A stretch of 60,628 nt of DNA, filler included, from a bacterium (GTDB lineage: Bacteria; JAJRZV01): NCBI GenBank assembly GCA_024275095.1. It is 3 parts of 3 records of this genome, joined end to end, with 100 filler letters (N's around TTAATTAATTAA, not from the genome) between each part and the next. Parts side by side here need not be neighbours in the genome. Positions count along the whole stretch, not along the records: positions 1 to 28,074 come from JAJRZV010000133.1; 2 more parts are not named here. One strand, 5' to 3'. A program made the translations under genes and the position numbers. The notes beneath the pieces were generated by a model that saw only the letters and a list, made by a program, of their open reading frames with translations, was not told the DNA's origin and did not search any database. Below are positions 1-9,745 of the stretch, one piece after another (the stretch's first letter is position 1; each line of letters begins with the position of its first letter).

Positions 1-126
1 CGCTAATCCCACCGTCGATAATACCCGCGTCATCGCAGCCGTCAACGTCGTCTTACCATGATCTACATGACCTATCGTTCCTACATTCACATGCGGCTTC
101 CGCCTCTCAAATTTAGGCTTCGACAT
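1..126 (-). CDS. tuf: Elongation factor Tu, 5' part (runs off the window start)
   Basis: Manual translation from ATG at 126 gives [31 protein letters not shown], the EF-Tu G1 box. AGGAGG Shine-Dalgarno upstream. Not in the ORF track. Confidence 0.97.
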   Translation of the reverse strand, partial: MSKPKFERRKPHVNVGTIGHVDHGKTTLTAAMTRVLSTVGLA

Positions 127-199
127 CTCTACACCTCCTGATATATCTACTAACTACCTCATCCACAACATCCTAAAACTACACACCCCACACTTCAAA

Positions 200-271
200 A
201 GCCTGGAGTGGGAATCGAACCCACGACCACCTCCTTACCAAGGAGGTGCTCTACCTCTGAGCTATCCAGGC
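200..271 (-). tRNA. tRNA-Thr(GGT), CCA not encoded
   Basis: Reverse complement GCCTGGA-TAGCTCAGAGGTAGAGC-A-CCTCC-TTGGTAA-GGAGG-...GGTTCGATTCC...TCCAGGC-T folds into a cloverleaf with anticodon GGT. Confidence 0.96.
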
Positions 272-313
272 AAGGGGTGTGAATCTTTATACCCCGGTTA
301 CCGCATTCTCTCA

Positions 314-385
314 AGCGGGCAGCGGGATTCGAACCCGCGGCTCTCGGCTTGGAAGGCCGATGCTCTACCACTGAGCTATGCCCGC
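314..385 (-). tRNA. tRNA-Gly(TCC), CCA not encoded
   Basis: Reverse complement GCGGGCA-TAGCTCAGTGGTAGAGC-A-TCGGC-CTTCCAA-GCCGA-...GGTTCGAATCC...TGCCCGC-T; anticodon TCC. Confidence 0.96.
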
Positions 386-406
386 AAAAGCCTTCTTTTG
401 GCATTA

Positions 407-486
407 AATATACCTTCTCCCGAAAGTGATTGTCCATTTCTTTGTATGAATATTTAAATATACCTCATTAATTAATTCGAATGCAA
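407..486 (-). promoter_or_regulatory. Tandem sigma70-type promoters for tRNA-Gly/tRNA-Thr/tuf
   Basis: Minus strand TTGCAT(486-481)-N18-TATATT(462-457) and TGGACA(436-431)-N18-TATATT(412-407), 50 bp apart, both in a GGTATATTTAA context. Confidence 0.6.
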
Positions 487-725
487 CACTTTTCGCGCTG
501 GAAAGGTTAAACTTAATTTTCTTGAACTCTGCGACATTTCTTTCATTTAAGTGTCTTTTAAAAACAACTCTTACCCTGACATGAGTGATTTTGCGTGTAA
601 AGTTTCATAAACTTCATAAATTTCCAGAGTCCGCCTTCGAAACTTTTTCTGAAGGGCCAAGCCAGCTTTTTAATTTTAAATTCTTGAGTCTCCAAGCTTT
701 TTCTTGAACATTTACAATTCGAATG

Positions 726-1151
726 TTAAATGTTGAGACCTGACCCCGGAGGGGTCTTTTCTATTAATCTGACAAGGCGACGGAGTTCCTCCCGGCCCAT
801 TATTTGGGACATTTCCAGAACCTCATCGTCCGCATATGGCATCATGGGCCACCGTGCGGATACAATTGTATGGGCACCATCACTCAACACTTGAAAGTAG
901 GAGCTGATTTCAAAACCCATTAAATTGTACGTCATGGTGACTTTTTTCTCCGCTTCATCAGCATCCCAGCGAAAGTGTACTGGCCCAATCACCGTAACCC
1001 CCATATGCCATCCATCCAGACCGGGTACCACTGACCGAATAAAGCCAGACCACTTGGGCAGATTTAATACGTCCTTTATGATGTGAAATGCTTTTTCCGG
1101 TGAAGCATTGACCGGTTCTCGTTCCTCAAAATATTCATAATCAATCTCCAT
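726..1151 (-). CDS. SRPBCC/START-like (polyketide cyclase/lipid-binding) protein
   Basis: Motif 'VNASPEKAFHIIKDVLNLPKWSGFIRSV' is typical of SRPBCC. Start moved to ATG 1151, overlapping the end of sua5. Confidence 0.7.
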   Translation of the reverse strand: MEIDYEYFEEREPVNASPEKAFHIIKDVLNLPKWSGFIRSVVPGLDGWHMGVTVIGPVHFRWDADEAEKKVTMTYNLMGFEISSYFQVLSDGAHTIVSARWPMMPYADDEVLEMSQIMGREELRRLVRLIEKTPPGSGLNI

Positions 1152-2142
1152 CCCATATCTCCTGTGCAGCTTTTTCAATGCGATAAATTAAAGCATCGCC
1201 GATTTTACCTTCTCTTCTTATTGCATCCACTACTATAATATCAAATCCCTTCTGTTCCGCATCTCTCAAAATGGCGAACAGATGCTTCGCAAGTGCATCT
1301 TCATTCTCCAGTACCATTTTTTGAATATGTTGACTTCCAGAAAATAGAAGTGTCCTATCAAGTGTAACCACCAAAATTTTCCTGTCAGGAGGAAATGCCT
1401 GAAGGCGCACTGAATTTTCCCGGAGGGGTTTTCGTGAATACACCAGAAAACATTGAGGCTGGTATCTGGGATATTCACGGGCCGGAGCCGAATGGCGAGC
1501 ATCTTCCACAGGTGTTTTAATAACAGCCTCTATTTCAGCACGCGTAATCACACCAGGCCGTAGAATACGCGGGTGTTCACCTGAAAAATCTATAACTGTT
1601 GATTCGATCCCTGTGCGTGTCTCTCCCGCGTCCAGCACAGCATCTATGAGATCCTTCAAATCCTGAATTACATGTTCAGCCTTCGTGGGAGAGGGCCTTC
1701 CCGCCCTATTTGCTGAAGTTCCCACAACAGGGACTCCTGCGAAGCGAATAAAATCAAGTGCAACAGGATGATCAGGCACACGCAGCCCTACAGTGGAAAG
1801 TCCTGCGGTAACCACAGGGAGTACAGATGCGCTCTTTTTCAGTATAATGGTAAGCGGTCCAGGCCAAAAACGCTCCATGAGACGCCTGGCACCCTCCGGA
1901 ATTTCTTCAACCAGGCTCTCCACCCCGCCAACGGAAGCGAGGTGAAGTGTTAAAGGATTACCACGCGCGCGTCCTTTGACCTCGAGCAAACGACATACTG
2001 CCTCTTCATTAAAAGCATGGGCTGCGAGACCATAGACCGTTTCCGTAGGAAAAGCAACAAGTCCGCCTTCACGTACAATACGAGCGGCTTCTTTTATGGC
2101 TTCGAGGTCATGTTGAATGACGTTGAGAACCATCAGGGGCAT
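1141..2142 (-). CDS. tsaC: L-threonylcarbamoyladenylate synthase, Sua5 type (YrdC plus SUA5 domain)
   Basis: VAFPTETVYGL, KGR...NPL, SAN..GRPSPT and ESTVID motifs; C-terminal SUA5 domain (LFAILRDAE...IEKAA). Confidence 0.93.
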   Translation of the reverse strand: MPLMVLNVIQHDLEAIKEAARIVREGGLVAFPTETVYGLAAHAFNEEAVCRLLEVKGRARGNPLTLHLASVGGVESLVEEIPEGARRLMERFWPGPLTIILKKSASVLPVVTAGLSTVGLRVPDHPVALDFIRFAGVPVVGTSANRAGRPSPTKAEHVIQDLKDLIDAVLDAGETRTGIESTVIDFSGEHPRILRPGVITRAEIEAVIKTPVEDARHSAPAREYPRYQPQCFLVYSRKPLRENSVRLQAFPPDRKILVVTLDRTLLFSGSQHIQKMVLENEDALAKHLFAILRDAEQKGFDIIVVDAIRREGKIGDALIYRIEKAAQEIWDGD

Positions 2143-4418
2143 TGGTCACTGCCACGGTATAACACGATCAGCTCATAAAACGCGTTCCTGTTTAAAGCCG
2201 GCGCCGTCACATAAAAGTAGAACGTCCGCTCCAGCGAAAGTTTTACCTTACGGCACCCAACAATGCCCTTCGAAACATCTGCACTACAATCACCTTCGTC
2301 ATACACATAACTGAAAGGTTCAATGTTTACATCAACTGGAGAGGAAAATACCCCTTCTGTATCCAGAACAAATATACAGTATCGTCCCGGCCCTCCTGTC
2401 AGATAAAACCAGTCAACGTCACTCGGTCCGGTCAGGACCGATACATATGTGGTGGGAGGAGCAGGTAAGCTGAAAGTTCGGGTAAATGAATGAACGAACA
2501 CCGCACTTTCAAGGTCTGTCACCTCAATGCGAAATGCTCCCGATGATGTGTTGTTGGCCGGTTCTCCTGCCTCCGGCTGTACAACCTGAACATTCATCAC
2601 ATAAGGGACAGTACATGCAGAGCCCACACACTCCAACGATACCACACCATGAAACGTGCCATCTACAGGAGCGGTCACTGCTGTACCAGCAACAAGATGA
2701 GACGTACTAACAGCCAGAGAAAAACCTGTATCCTTAAATAGTTCTACAGTAAAGGTGGATGAATCAAGACTGACTCCATTCGCATATTGAAGTAATTTCA
2801 GAGGAGAATACGCATGAATTATCAGATAGCCTTTTCCTGCAACCTGAACAGAAACATAATCAACATCTCCTTCTGGAGTTACTCTCCATTCTGTTCCAGA
2901 GTCAGTGGCCACAAACGGGAACGCAAGGTCAAAAGTATCATCAGGTTCTCTTTCCACATCATTAAGCATTTTAGCCCGATATTCCGGAGAGGTAAGCAGT
3001 GCCACAAACGTGCCGAGGTCAAGCACCCCTTCTTCATCGGGCAATCCATCCGCGTCTGTGTCCAGGAAATTTCCGGCTGTATCTACTGTCTGCCTCGAGA
3101 GAAGAAGTCCCGTAACGCTCCCTGAATAATCCACGCTCAATTTGACCTGGGGCACGACACGGCCATCCCACAAGCGACGGTACGCATTAACGGTCTTAAT
3201 CTTTATGATTGCATCTCCAGATGAACCCACATAATACTCGGAAATGGAGTCTCCATCACCAAACGGAGACGCAGAAGTTCCGTCGGGGGTGATAAAACCG
3301 ATGGTCAGTGTGTTATCCAAAATACTCACAGACCACGGGTCAGGAACAAGTGTACTTATCCGTGGCACAGTGGGTTCCCATGAAACAAAATAAAAGCTGA
3401 ACACAGTGCCTGTATCAAAACAACCATCAACAAAAGGTATGTTATAGGCATCTCTCAGGTTCTGTAAGGAGTTGAATTTGATCTGATATTTTTTCCACGC
3501 CTGGAGGGGCTCTACAGGTCGAAACACGATGCTTGAACCACCTGGATACGTAATAGCAACAGGAGTCTGAGACCACGTGCCCGAATCCGTCCAGTATTCG
3601 ATGGGAATTTCCCTTCCATTTTCTGAAAGTATTGCTTCAGGAGTACCTTTGAGAGGCGTATTCGAAGGTACAACCAAGTCCAATTTGATCACAGGATTCG
3701 CGGTAGCACGCACACCAATTCCCCATACGGAAAACGCGGAAATATTTGCTCCATCGTGTGTCAACATTGCCGGTACAGAAATTCCGTCCACATAAATTGC
3801 ACCTATCCTGGGACGGGGATTGGCTCCAAGGGTTACATACGAAACCGCAGGAGATCCCACGGAAAAAGCCAACGATGCGTAAGGAGCGGGGGTTCTACTG
3901 AAATCTTCATCAGGTCGGTGAATGTCACGCACCTTGATGCCATCAACGGCACCTGTCCGCCTGTCCGCTTTCTCGCTACAGTGCGAAATGCCTTGAAGAC
4001 CGTCAAAGGGGTTGCCCGAAAGATCCGTCACACTCGTTGCAACTTCTACATAGTACCACGCGTTGTTGGCCAGTCGCACCTTCATGCTCAATGCCATTCC
4101 ATCGTCCAGGAAGCCCATATCCATGATTTCTGCAGGAGTGGACGTGTGTACGTTCCATCCGTTCGTAACATTACCCGTAATACCATACACAAATACTCCA
4201 CCGCCTGCAGGGAAGGAAACGGGCTCGCTGAACTCAAGATATATACCCATCACCCACGTTGTTCCTTTTTCAATGACAACAGCTCTTGCACATGTAACAC
4301 CCGGGCCTTCACGATCTCCAGATGGAACCCCAGGCTCTGGTGCAGATGATGCAGGAGTAAATTTAAACATTGAGCACGACATCAGAAAAAAGACCATCAT
4401 TACCGATATGCGTTTCAT
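2133..4418 (-). CDS. Secreted lipoprotein with several SbsA/Big_5-like Ig domains and C-terminal PPC-like repeats
   Basis: Lipobox 'LMSC'. Ig-type motifs LEFSEPV...VTDLSGNPFDG, IVFRPVEPLQ...LRDAYNIPF and VDTAGNFLD. Two EP(D/N)...DVD(Y/W) PPC-like units. Confidence 0.65.
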   Translation of the reverse strand: MKRISVMMVFFLMSCSMFKFTPASSAPEPGVPSGDREGPGVTCARAVVIEKGTTWVMGIYLEFSEPVSFPAGGGVFVYGITGNVTNGWNVHTSTPAEIMDMGFLDDGMALSMKVRLANNAWYYVEVATSVTDLSGNPFDGLQGISHCSEKADRRTGAVDGIKVRDIHRPDEDFSRTPAPYASLAFSVGSPAVSYVTLGANPRPRIGAIYVDGISVPAMLTHDGANISAFSVWGIGVRATANPVIKLDLVVPSNTPLKGTPEAILSENGREIPIEYWTDSGTWSQTPVAITYPGGSSIVFRPVEPLQAWKKYQIKFNSLQNLRDAYNIPFVDGCFDTGTVFSFYFVSWEPTVPRISTLVPDPWSVSILDNTLTIGFITPDGTSASPFGDGDSISEYYVGSSGDAIIKIKTVNAYRRLWDGRVVPQVKLSVDYSGSVTGLLLSRQTVDTAGNFLDTDADGLPDEEGVLDLGTFVALLTSPEYRAKMLNDVEREPDDTFDLAFPFVATDSGTEWRVTPEGDVDYVSVQVAGKGYLIIHAYSPLKLLQYANGVSLDSSTFTVELFKDTGFSLAVSTSHLVAGTAVTAPVDGTFHGVVSLECVGSACTVPYVMNVQVVQPEAGEPANNTSSGAFRIEVTDLESAVFVHSFTRTFSLPAPPTTYVSVLTGPSDVDWFYLTGGPGRYCIFVLDTEGVFSSPVDVNIEPFSYVYDEGDCSADVSKGIVGCRKVKLSLERTFYFYVTAPALNRNAFYELIVLYRGSDQCP

Positions 4419-5914
4419 GGCTCCACAGGAATGTAAACATCATCCAGAGAGTTACCTTCTGCCACCAGGTTGCCGTTTCCATCTAACAAACGTCCGTTCA
4501 CATCGGCTATTATATGAGACAAGAAAAGAATCGCGTGCATTTCTTTACGGGGTTCAAAAGAAAGAATAATGCTGTTCCCCCATACCCCACCCACAAAATC
4601 CTCTTCTGCTTTCACTTTTTGACGCGGTATAAACGTGCAACATGATGGATCAGTACAGGAGGGTTCTGTCGTATAACACAGTCTCACTGTATCAGAAGTA
4701 ACCGAAGATTCTCTGAGAGGAACAGTTTCGCCCTTCGTCGGTTTGAGGAAAATAGTGCATCGCCCCTGGTCTGTATCGCAAAACACCTGCGAAAGTGAGA
4801 GTGCAGGAGCACACGTGTGGGTGGTAAAGAAAAGATTGATGCGGTCTTCAGGTTCACCACCCAGTATCCCGTCAAAATTCAGATCCCTCAGGGGATTACC
4901 CAACACGTCTACTATTGCATTGTTCTCATTTATGGAGAGCACATACGTGCGGCCTTCTTTCAATCCTAAAGGCTTGATGTATAGAGAATGTATGCCCTCT
5001 CTGGGCCATTCGGGAATGTCTTCCACTGACGGATACCATTTGTTGTAGGAAAATCCCACTTCAAACCTCACAGGTTCACCCGAGTTATAATCGTAAATGT
5101 TGACGGCATCCACCAGCGAAGAAGGCGAAACGCCGGCAGGGGTGGGAGTTTGAAAATTAATCCGAAAATACCGGGTGTCCAGATCAGACTTTGTATAAAA
5201 CAAACTCTCCATATGGCATCCATCGTATGTATCACCGCATTCTACAAGTCCACAATCACTTCCACTGGGTGGAGCTCCGCCGCGACACGAGTATCCACAT
5301 GATTGAATTTCGTCGGCTACCATTACATAAATACTTCCAATACTTACATAATTTCTCCCGGGCGCAGGCACATAACAGAGGCCTGATGTGTATACGGGTT
5401 TGGGGCACGATGTTATCTGGTACACGTAATCAGGTGACACAGAATCTGCAGGAAGAAATGCAAAATCGGCGTCAGTGTCTCCAAACGCCTGACCATCCAG
5501 CTGGCTTCCATACACATCTACAGCACTTTGTCCGATAATCATTACGTACTGGCCGGGACCGCTCAATCGAACCTCGAGAAAATACTCGTAATTTTCATTC
5601 CACCACCGGCGCAATATCTCTTCCGGCAGCCCTTCAATAGAAGGCCTCCCGCCTGCCATATCACCTGTAATCCTGTAAACAAAGGCAGCATTTTCTACAG
5701 ATTCTTTATTCATCGGGGAAGAAAAAAGCACATGCCCTACAACCACACCTTCACTGGAGTTCATCCATTCAAAATTTTCAACGTAAGGCAACTGTTGAGT
5801 CATCACACTGGCAGAAGGCAACCCGGGTCCGGCCAACTGCTGTTTCATGTCAAAGTAATCACATGCACCAATCACAAGTAACACCGATATACTGGCAGAA
5901 ACAAACCTCATCAA
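4415..5914 (-). CDS. Secreted lipoprotein with Big_5-like Ig domains, Cys-rich
   Basis: Lipobox 'IGAC'. Motifs FSSPMNKESV...VDVYGSQLDG, LYIKPLGLKEGRTYVLSI...DVLGNPLRD and ADVNGRLLDGNG. Confidence 0.65.
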   Translation of the reverse strand: MMRFVSASISVLLVIGACDYFDMKQQLAGPGLPSASVMTQQLPYVENFEWMNSSEGVVVGHVLFSSPMNKESVENAAFVYRITGDMAGGRPSIEGLPEEILRRWWNENYEYFLEVRLSGPGQYVMIIGQSAVDVYGSQLDGQAFGDTDADFAFLPADSVSPDYVYQITSCPKPVYTSGLCYVPAPGRNYVSIGSIYVMVADEIQSCGYSCRGGAPPSGSDCGLVECGDTYDGCHMESLFYTKSDLDTRYFRINFQTPTPAGVSPSSLVDAVNIYDYNSGEPVRFEVGFSYNKWYPSVEDIPEWPREGIHSLYIKPLGLKEGRTYVLSINENNAIVDVLGNPLRDLNFDGILGGEPEDRINLFFTTHTCAPALSLSQVFCDTDQGRCTIFLKPTKGETVPLRESSVTSDTVRLCYTTEPSCTDPSCCTFIPRQKVKAEEDFVGGVWGNSIILSFEPRKEMHAILFLSHIIADVNGRLLDGNGNLVAEGNSLDDVYIPVEP

Positions 5915-7665
5915 AACCTCAAAGTGGCAGAAAGCATCATTTGAGTTAGGTCTGCCACCCTGAGAACCAGCCCTTCCTGAATGACAATACGACCTCTCAC
6001 AAGAAGTGAGAGGTTAAGAACTTTAACCATGGTGTAACCAAGTCCCACTCGATAATCGACCCAGGTTGACGTGCTTGTTGTTGATGTCTGGTCACCGGTG
6101 GTTATTTCATCATTCACAGAAAAAACACCCGGGGGAGCATCTTTTACGGACACACCGGTATTGCCGTCATTAAATGAATATGTACGCGACCAGATTTCCA
6201 CCGAGTTAATGTTCACAAGACTGCCCTCATAACGGCGTGACCGCTGGAAATTAAACCTGGCTCCACCACGGATCTCGAGATTCGGGGCAAGCCGTCCCAC
6301 AAAGATCACAGGTATGGCGAAGCCAATAGCTTCGAATTTTTCCATTTCTTCTGCTTCATAACCTGCACTTTCCGTGAATGTATAATCATCAGGATCTGCG
6401 GGTTCAGAATCACCATCATGAAAATATCCGCTTCCGGAATAAGACCGGGAGACATGTGCATTTGTTCGTGCTTTCCTGTATGTAAACTCTACTCCTGCGC
6501 CCAGGTAATACCCGTATTTCACGTAGTAGAGATCCCTCACCGAGAAAACGAAACGATCCGAAATATTAAAATCTCCACTGTATACAGATTCATACGCTCC
6601 ACTTTTATGAAAACCAACAAATGCCGATGTAGCATTCTGGGTATATGTACTTCTACTGAAAACTTCCCGCGAATAAGGTTGCTTTCTCTCGTATCCAGCA
6701 TCAATTGTTAACGCATGCACGCCTTCCCTGATGTTTAATGTCAACCGACCGCCGACGCCGATTCTCACATAATTTACCGATTTCAAAGAATTGTTAGTAT
6801 ACTCAACAACCACCGTAGATGTGCCCTCTCCATAAGAAAAGTAACGATAGGTGCCATGCCCTTCTTCTTTATCCGTGCCTAATCCTACAATGGTGTTTAA
6901 TTCCACGTATCCCCACCGCCTTGTGGGAAAACGCAGTCCCCCTGCCATGGCAAATTCTCTGTTCAGGTGCTCAAATTCATCGTCTTCCACCTCTCGCGTG
7001 GAGTACACAACATCACCCTCGAAAAGGTCAATCAGGTCCGTGTCTCTTCTCAAAAGATCTGAATCCCTAAAAAAACTTTCCGACTCGCATAAACTCATTG
7101 AAGCGGGGTAAGAATCATCAGGGCACCAACCCATCAACGCACCATTCGCAGGATATGGTTCACTCACTCGGGATTGTGAAAACTGAATTCCAAAGGCCCA
7201 CAGAGTATTACCACTCCGTTTGCCCATACTTAGCCCCGTTTCTATGTTTAATGAAGATGAGGCAGGCGACGGTCGGGTGTACAGGGAGACAGAACGGGCA
7301 TATTCGAAAACCCCGTCTCCGTTTTCGTCAAGATATTCAAAACCACCCTTAAGCTTCTTATAGTTGTATGAAGAGCCACCTATTCGCAGGAATGCTCCTG
7401 CATTAATCCCGGAGAAGGGATGGGCGATCCCCAGAAGAAAATCATTGGGCTGACCAATATTGGTCAACTGGAAAGCCACACGTGTGTTTTGAATAAGAGA
7501 TACTCTGAAAGGAATGATTATGTCGTCAAAATCATCGTAAAAATATCCGAAAGTATTTTGATATCGTACCGACCGGTCTACAAAGATGGTGGGTTCATAC
7601 TGTTCGGCCTGAGCCTGTAGTATAAAAAATAGCGTACAAAACACAATTGTCCGTAAAACTTTCAA
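5911..7665 (-). CDS. Uncharacterised outer-membrane beta-barrel protein
   Basis: Signal peptide (AQA-E), many alternating amphipathic Gly/aromatic strands (YYLGAGVEFTY, LEIRGGARFNF, YRVGLGYTM), C-terminal BAM-type ending LSATLRF. Confidence 0.65.
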   Translation of the reverse strand: MKVLRTIVFCTLFFILQAQAEQYEPTIFVDRSVRYQNTFGYFYDDFDDIIIPFRVSLIQNTRVAFQLTNIGQPNDFLLGIAHPFSGINAGAFLRIGGSSYNYKKLKGGFEYLDENGDGVFEYARSVSLYTRPSPASSSLNIETGLSMGKRSGNTLWAFGIQFSQSRVSEPYPANGALMGWCPDDSYPASMSLCESESFFRDSDLLRRDTDLIDLFEGDVVYSTREVEDDEFEHLNREFAMAGGLRFPTRRWGYVELNTIVGLGTDKEEGHGTYRYFSYGEGTSTVVVEYTNNSLKSVNYVRIGVGGRLTLNIREGVHALTIDAGYERKQPYSREVFSRSTYTQNATSAFVGFHKSGAYESVYSGDFNISDRFVFSVRDLYYVKYGYYLGAGVEFTYRKARTNAHVSRSYSGSGYFHDGDSEPADPDDYTFTESAGYEAEEMEKFEAIGFAIPVIFVGRLAPNLEIRGGARFNFQRSRRYEGSLVNINSVEIWSRTYSFNDGNTGVSVKDAPPGVFSVNDEITTGDQTSTTSTSTWVDYRVGLGYTMVKVLNLSLLVRGRIVIQEGLVLRVADLTQMMLSATLRF

Positions 7666-9175
7666 CGCAAATCGTTGGCAATATAATTTGCCACATGTGT
7701 AGCTATTGCCATAATGGTAAGTTGAGGATTGACCCCAAGGCTCGATGGAATAACACTTCCATCAACAATGTATAGATTTTTTACATCATGCGTCTCACAG
7801 CGAGAGTTCACCACAGAAGCCCTGGGGTCCTCGCCCATACGACATGTACCGAGGGGGTGAAATGCCATAGATTCAACCATGGAGGGCTTAACGTTCATTT
7901 CACTGAGTTTTTTAAGATCATCTGGAGAAGACATTTCATCCATTCCAGCAATTCCCGGGAACACCCTTTTCGCACCTGCAGCAAAATAGATTTCCGCAAG
8001 CCTCACTGCACCATCACGCATTCTAAGAGCTTCCTCTTTGCCGAGGTTATAAATATATACCGGCCTGCCACCCACGCAAAGCACCCGGCCTGAGGGCTTA
8101 TCTGAAACCATAATACCAAAAGTGGAAACCCTGCCATAGTTTTCCATCAATTCTTTATGTTTTCTGCCAAAAAATGGGAGTCCCATGGCACCAACAGCTG
8201 GAGGTACTGTCACACCTTCGAAAACAATTCCATGGCCTTTGAACTCGTCAACAAGATAATTCTGCGGCACACCTTTCCACATCTCGATGTCTTCATCAAA
8301 AAAGGCGCCCACGCGCGCACCAGGATGAACAGTTAAGTTGCTACCCACCTAGCCTGAAGAATTGGCCAGCTTGTGTTTAAGTAGAAACCAGGGTGTAATC
8401 AATGCTCCTCCACAAAAGCTACTACTTTTGCACTTACATGGAAGCTGCCCACAGGTTCATCTGTCTCTTCATGAAGAATTGTGCCACGTACGCCCCTCGC
8501 CACGCCGCCATTAACGTCTATACTGTCAACACGACAATTGGCATAAATACGTGCACCCATCTCCGAAGCCATTGGTACGTATGTAACATGCATTGCTCTT
8601 TTGGCATCAGTGGGACATCCGAAGGCACATCTTCCGCATCCTCGACAGAGCTTTTCATCGTAATTCCGTATAATGGGCTTGCCGCTCCAGCCCAGTTTTT
8701 TGCATCCTCGATCTATAATTTCGCCGTTTTTCCCCATTACCTTCCAGTTAACCGGTTGGGCCTTGATAATCTTTTCCACCTTCTCGTAGCAGGGTTCCAG
8801 GTCTTTCATCAGCATGTTCTTTACACCAAAATTTTTTACCCATGACTCGAACACATATTCCTCCGGTCTGAGTGTCGTACCAGAATTGACCGTGGTGGTC
8901 CCTCCAATACATCGCCCAAGTGGAATAGGTATAGGTGGAATTCCAATGGTAGCCGTACTACCCCCATCACTATACATGAGCTTGAATGCCTCGAGAGGGT
9001 GGGTGTTATAGTCTTCCTTTTTAAAATACCCCCCCTCTTCCAGTAACACCACGTCCAGCCCCGCTTCCTTAAGCTCCTTTGCAAGCACCGCCCCTCCTGC
9101 ACCAGAACCGACAACAACCACATCTGCTTGATCTTCCAACCGGTTAGTACCGATGCTTCTCTGGGTATAAATCAT
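7662..9175 (-). pseudogene. GMC family oxidoreductase (long-chain alcohol oxidase-like), broken by a frameshift and an in-frame TAG
   Basis: N-half has DVVVVGSGAGG, GGTTTVN and C..CG.C..GCP. C-half has HPLGTCRMG and DGSVIPSSLGVNPQLTI. The bridging frame reads CGGALITPWFLLKHKLANSSG*VGSNL after a 1-nt shift near 8414-8417; TAG at 8351-8349. Confidence 0.85.
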
Positions 9176-9732
9176 TGTGTCTCCTCCGGCATACATTCCA
9201 GGTGATAGTCATAATAACCAATGAACTTCTCATATTCCTCACTGCTGTAAAATCCCATACATACAAATCCCTTGAGAGCCATAAAGAGATTGCGCTTGAA
9301 TGAAATGCGACTCTTTTCGAGAGATTCCACGAAAGCATGGGCTTTGTCATCATCCATTTTGTGAAGCGGTTCAAGACCAAAGTGGAGGCCCTGAAATATC
9401 TCTCCCCACACGAGCAGGGCTGTAACCATGATATATACAATCGTCCATATCACCGGCCCAGCACCGCTTGCACGAAGGAACCAGCCGCATAACAAATATG
9501 CCCCAACAGTAATAATCGTATTGACGGCCGCCATGTAATTCAGGTGATAAAAGGCCACCTTTACTCCCTTTCTGCTCAAAGCATCCAGGCTGCTCACGAA
9601 AGAATCGATCCGCCTTACCAGTTCCGGATCGTCTTCTGCACCTGCCGGGTAGAGCCCACCCCTGGGTACTATCTGGCGAGCAAATGCCTTAAAGTATTCT
9701 GCAACTCGACCTGTGATGATTTCTCCTTCCAT
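9172..9732 (-). CDS. Small membrane protein, probable GMC partner subunit (gluconate-2-DH subunit 3 / FAO N-terminal-like)
   Basis: GGAGG plus ATG at 9732; 'AFARQIVP', two TM segments, 'LKGFVCMGFYS...IGY'; ATGA overlap with the GMC gene. Confidence 0.55.
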   Translation of the reverse strand: MEGEIITGRVAEYFKAFARQIVPRGGLYPAGAEDDPELVRRIDSFVSSLDALSRKGVKVAFYHLNYMAAVNTIITVGAYLLCGWFLRASGAGPVIWTIVYIMVTALLVWGEIFQGLHFGLEPLHKMDDDKAHAFVESLEKSRISFKRNLFMALKGFVCMGFYSSEEYEKFIGYYDYHLECMPEETQ

Positions 9733-9745
9733 GGAACCCCCTCCT

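Noticed and set aside
195..437. 80-aa ORF
   Set aside because: Overlaps two clear tRNA genes.
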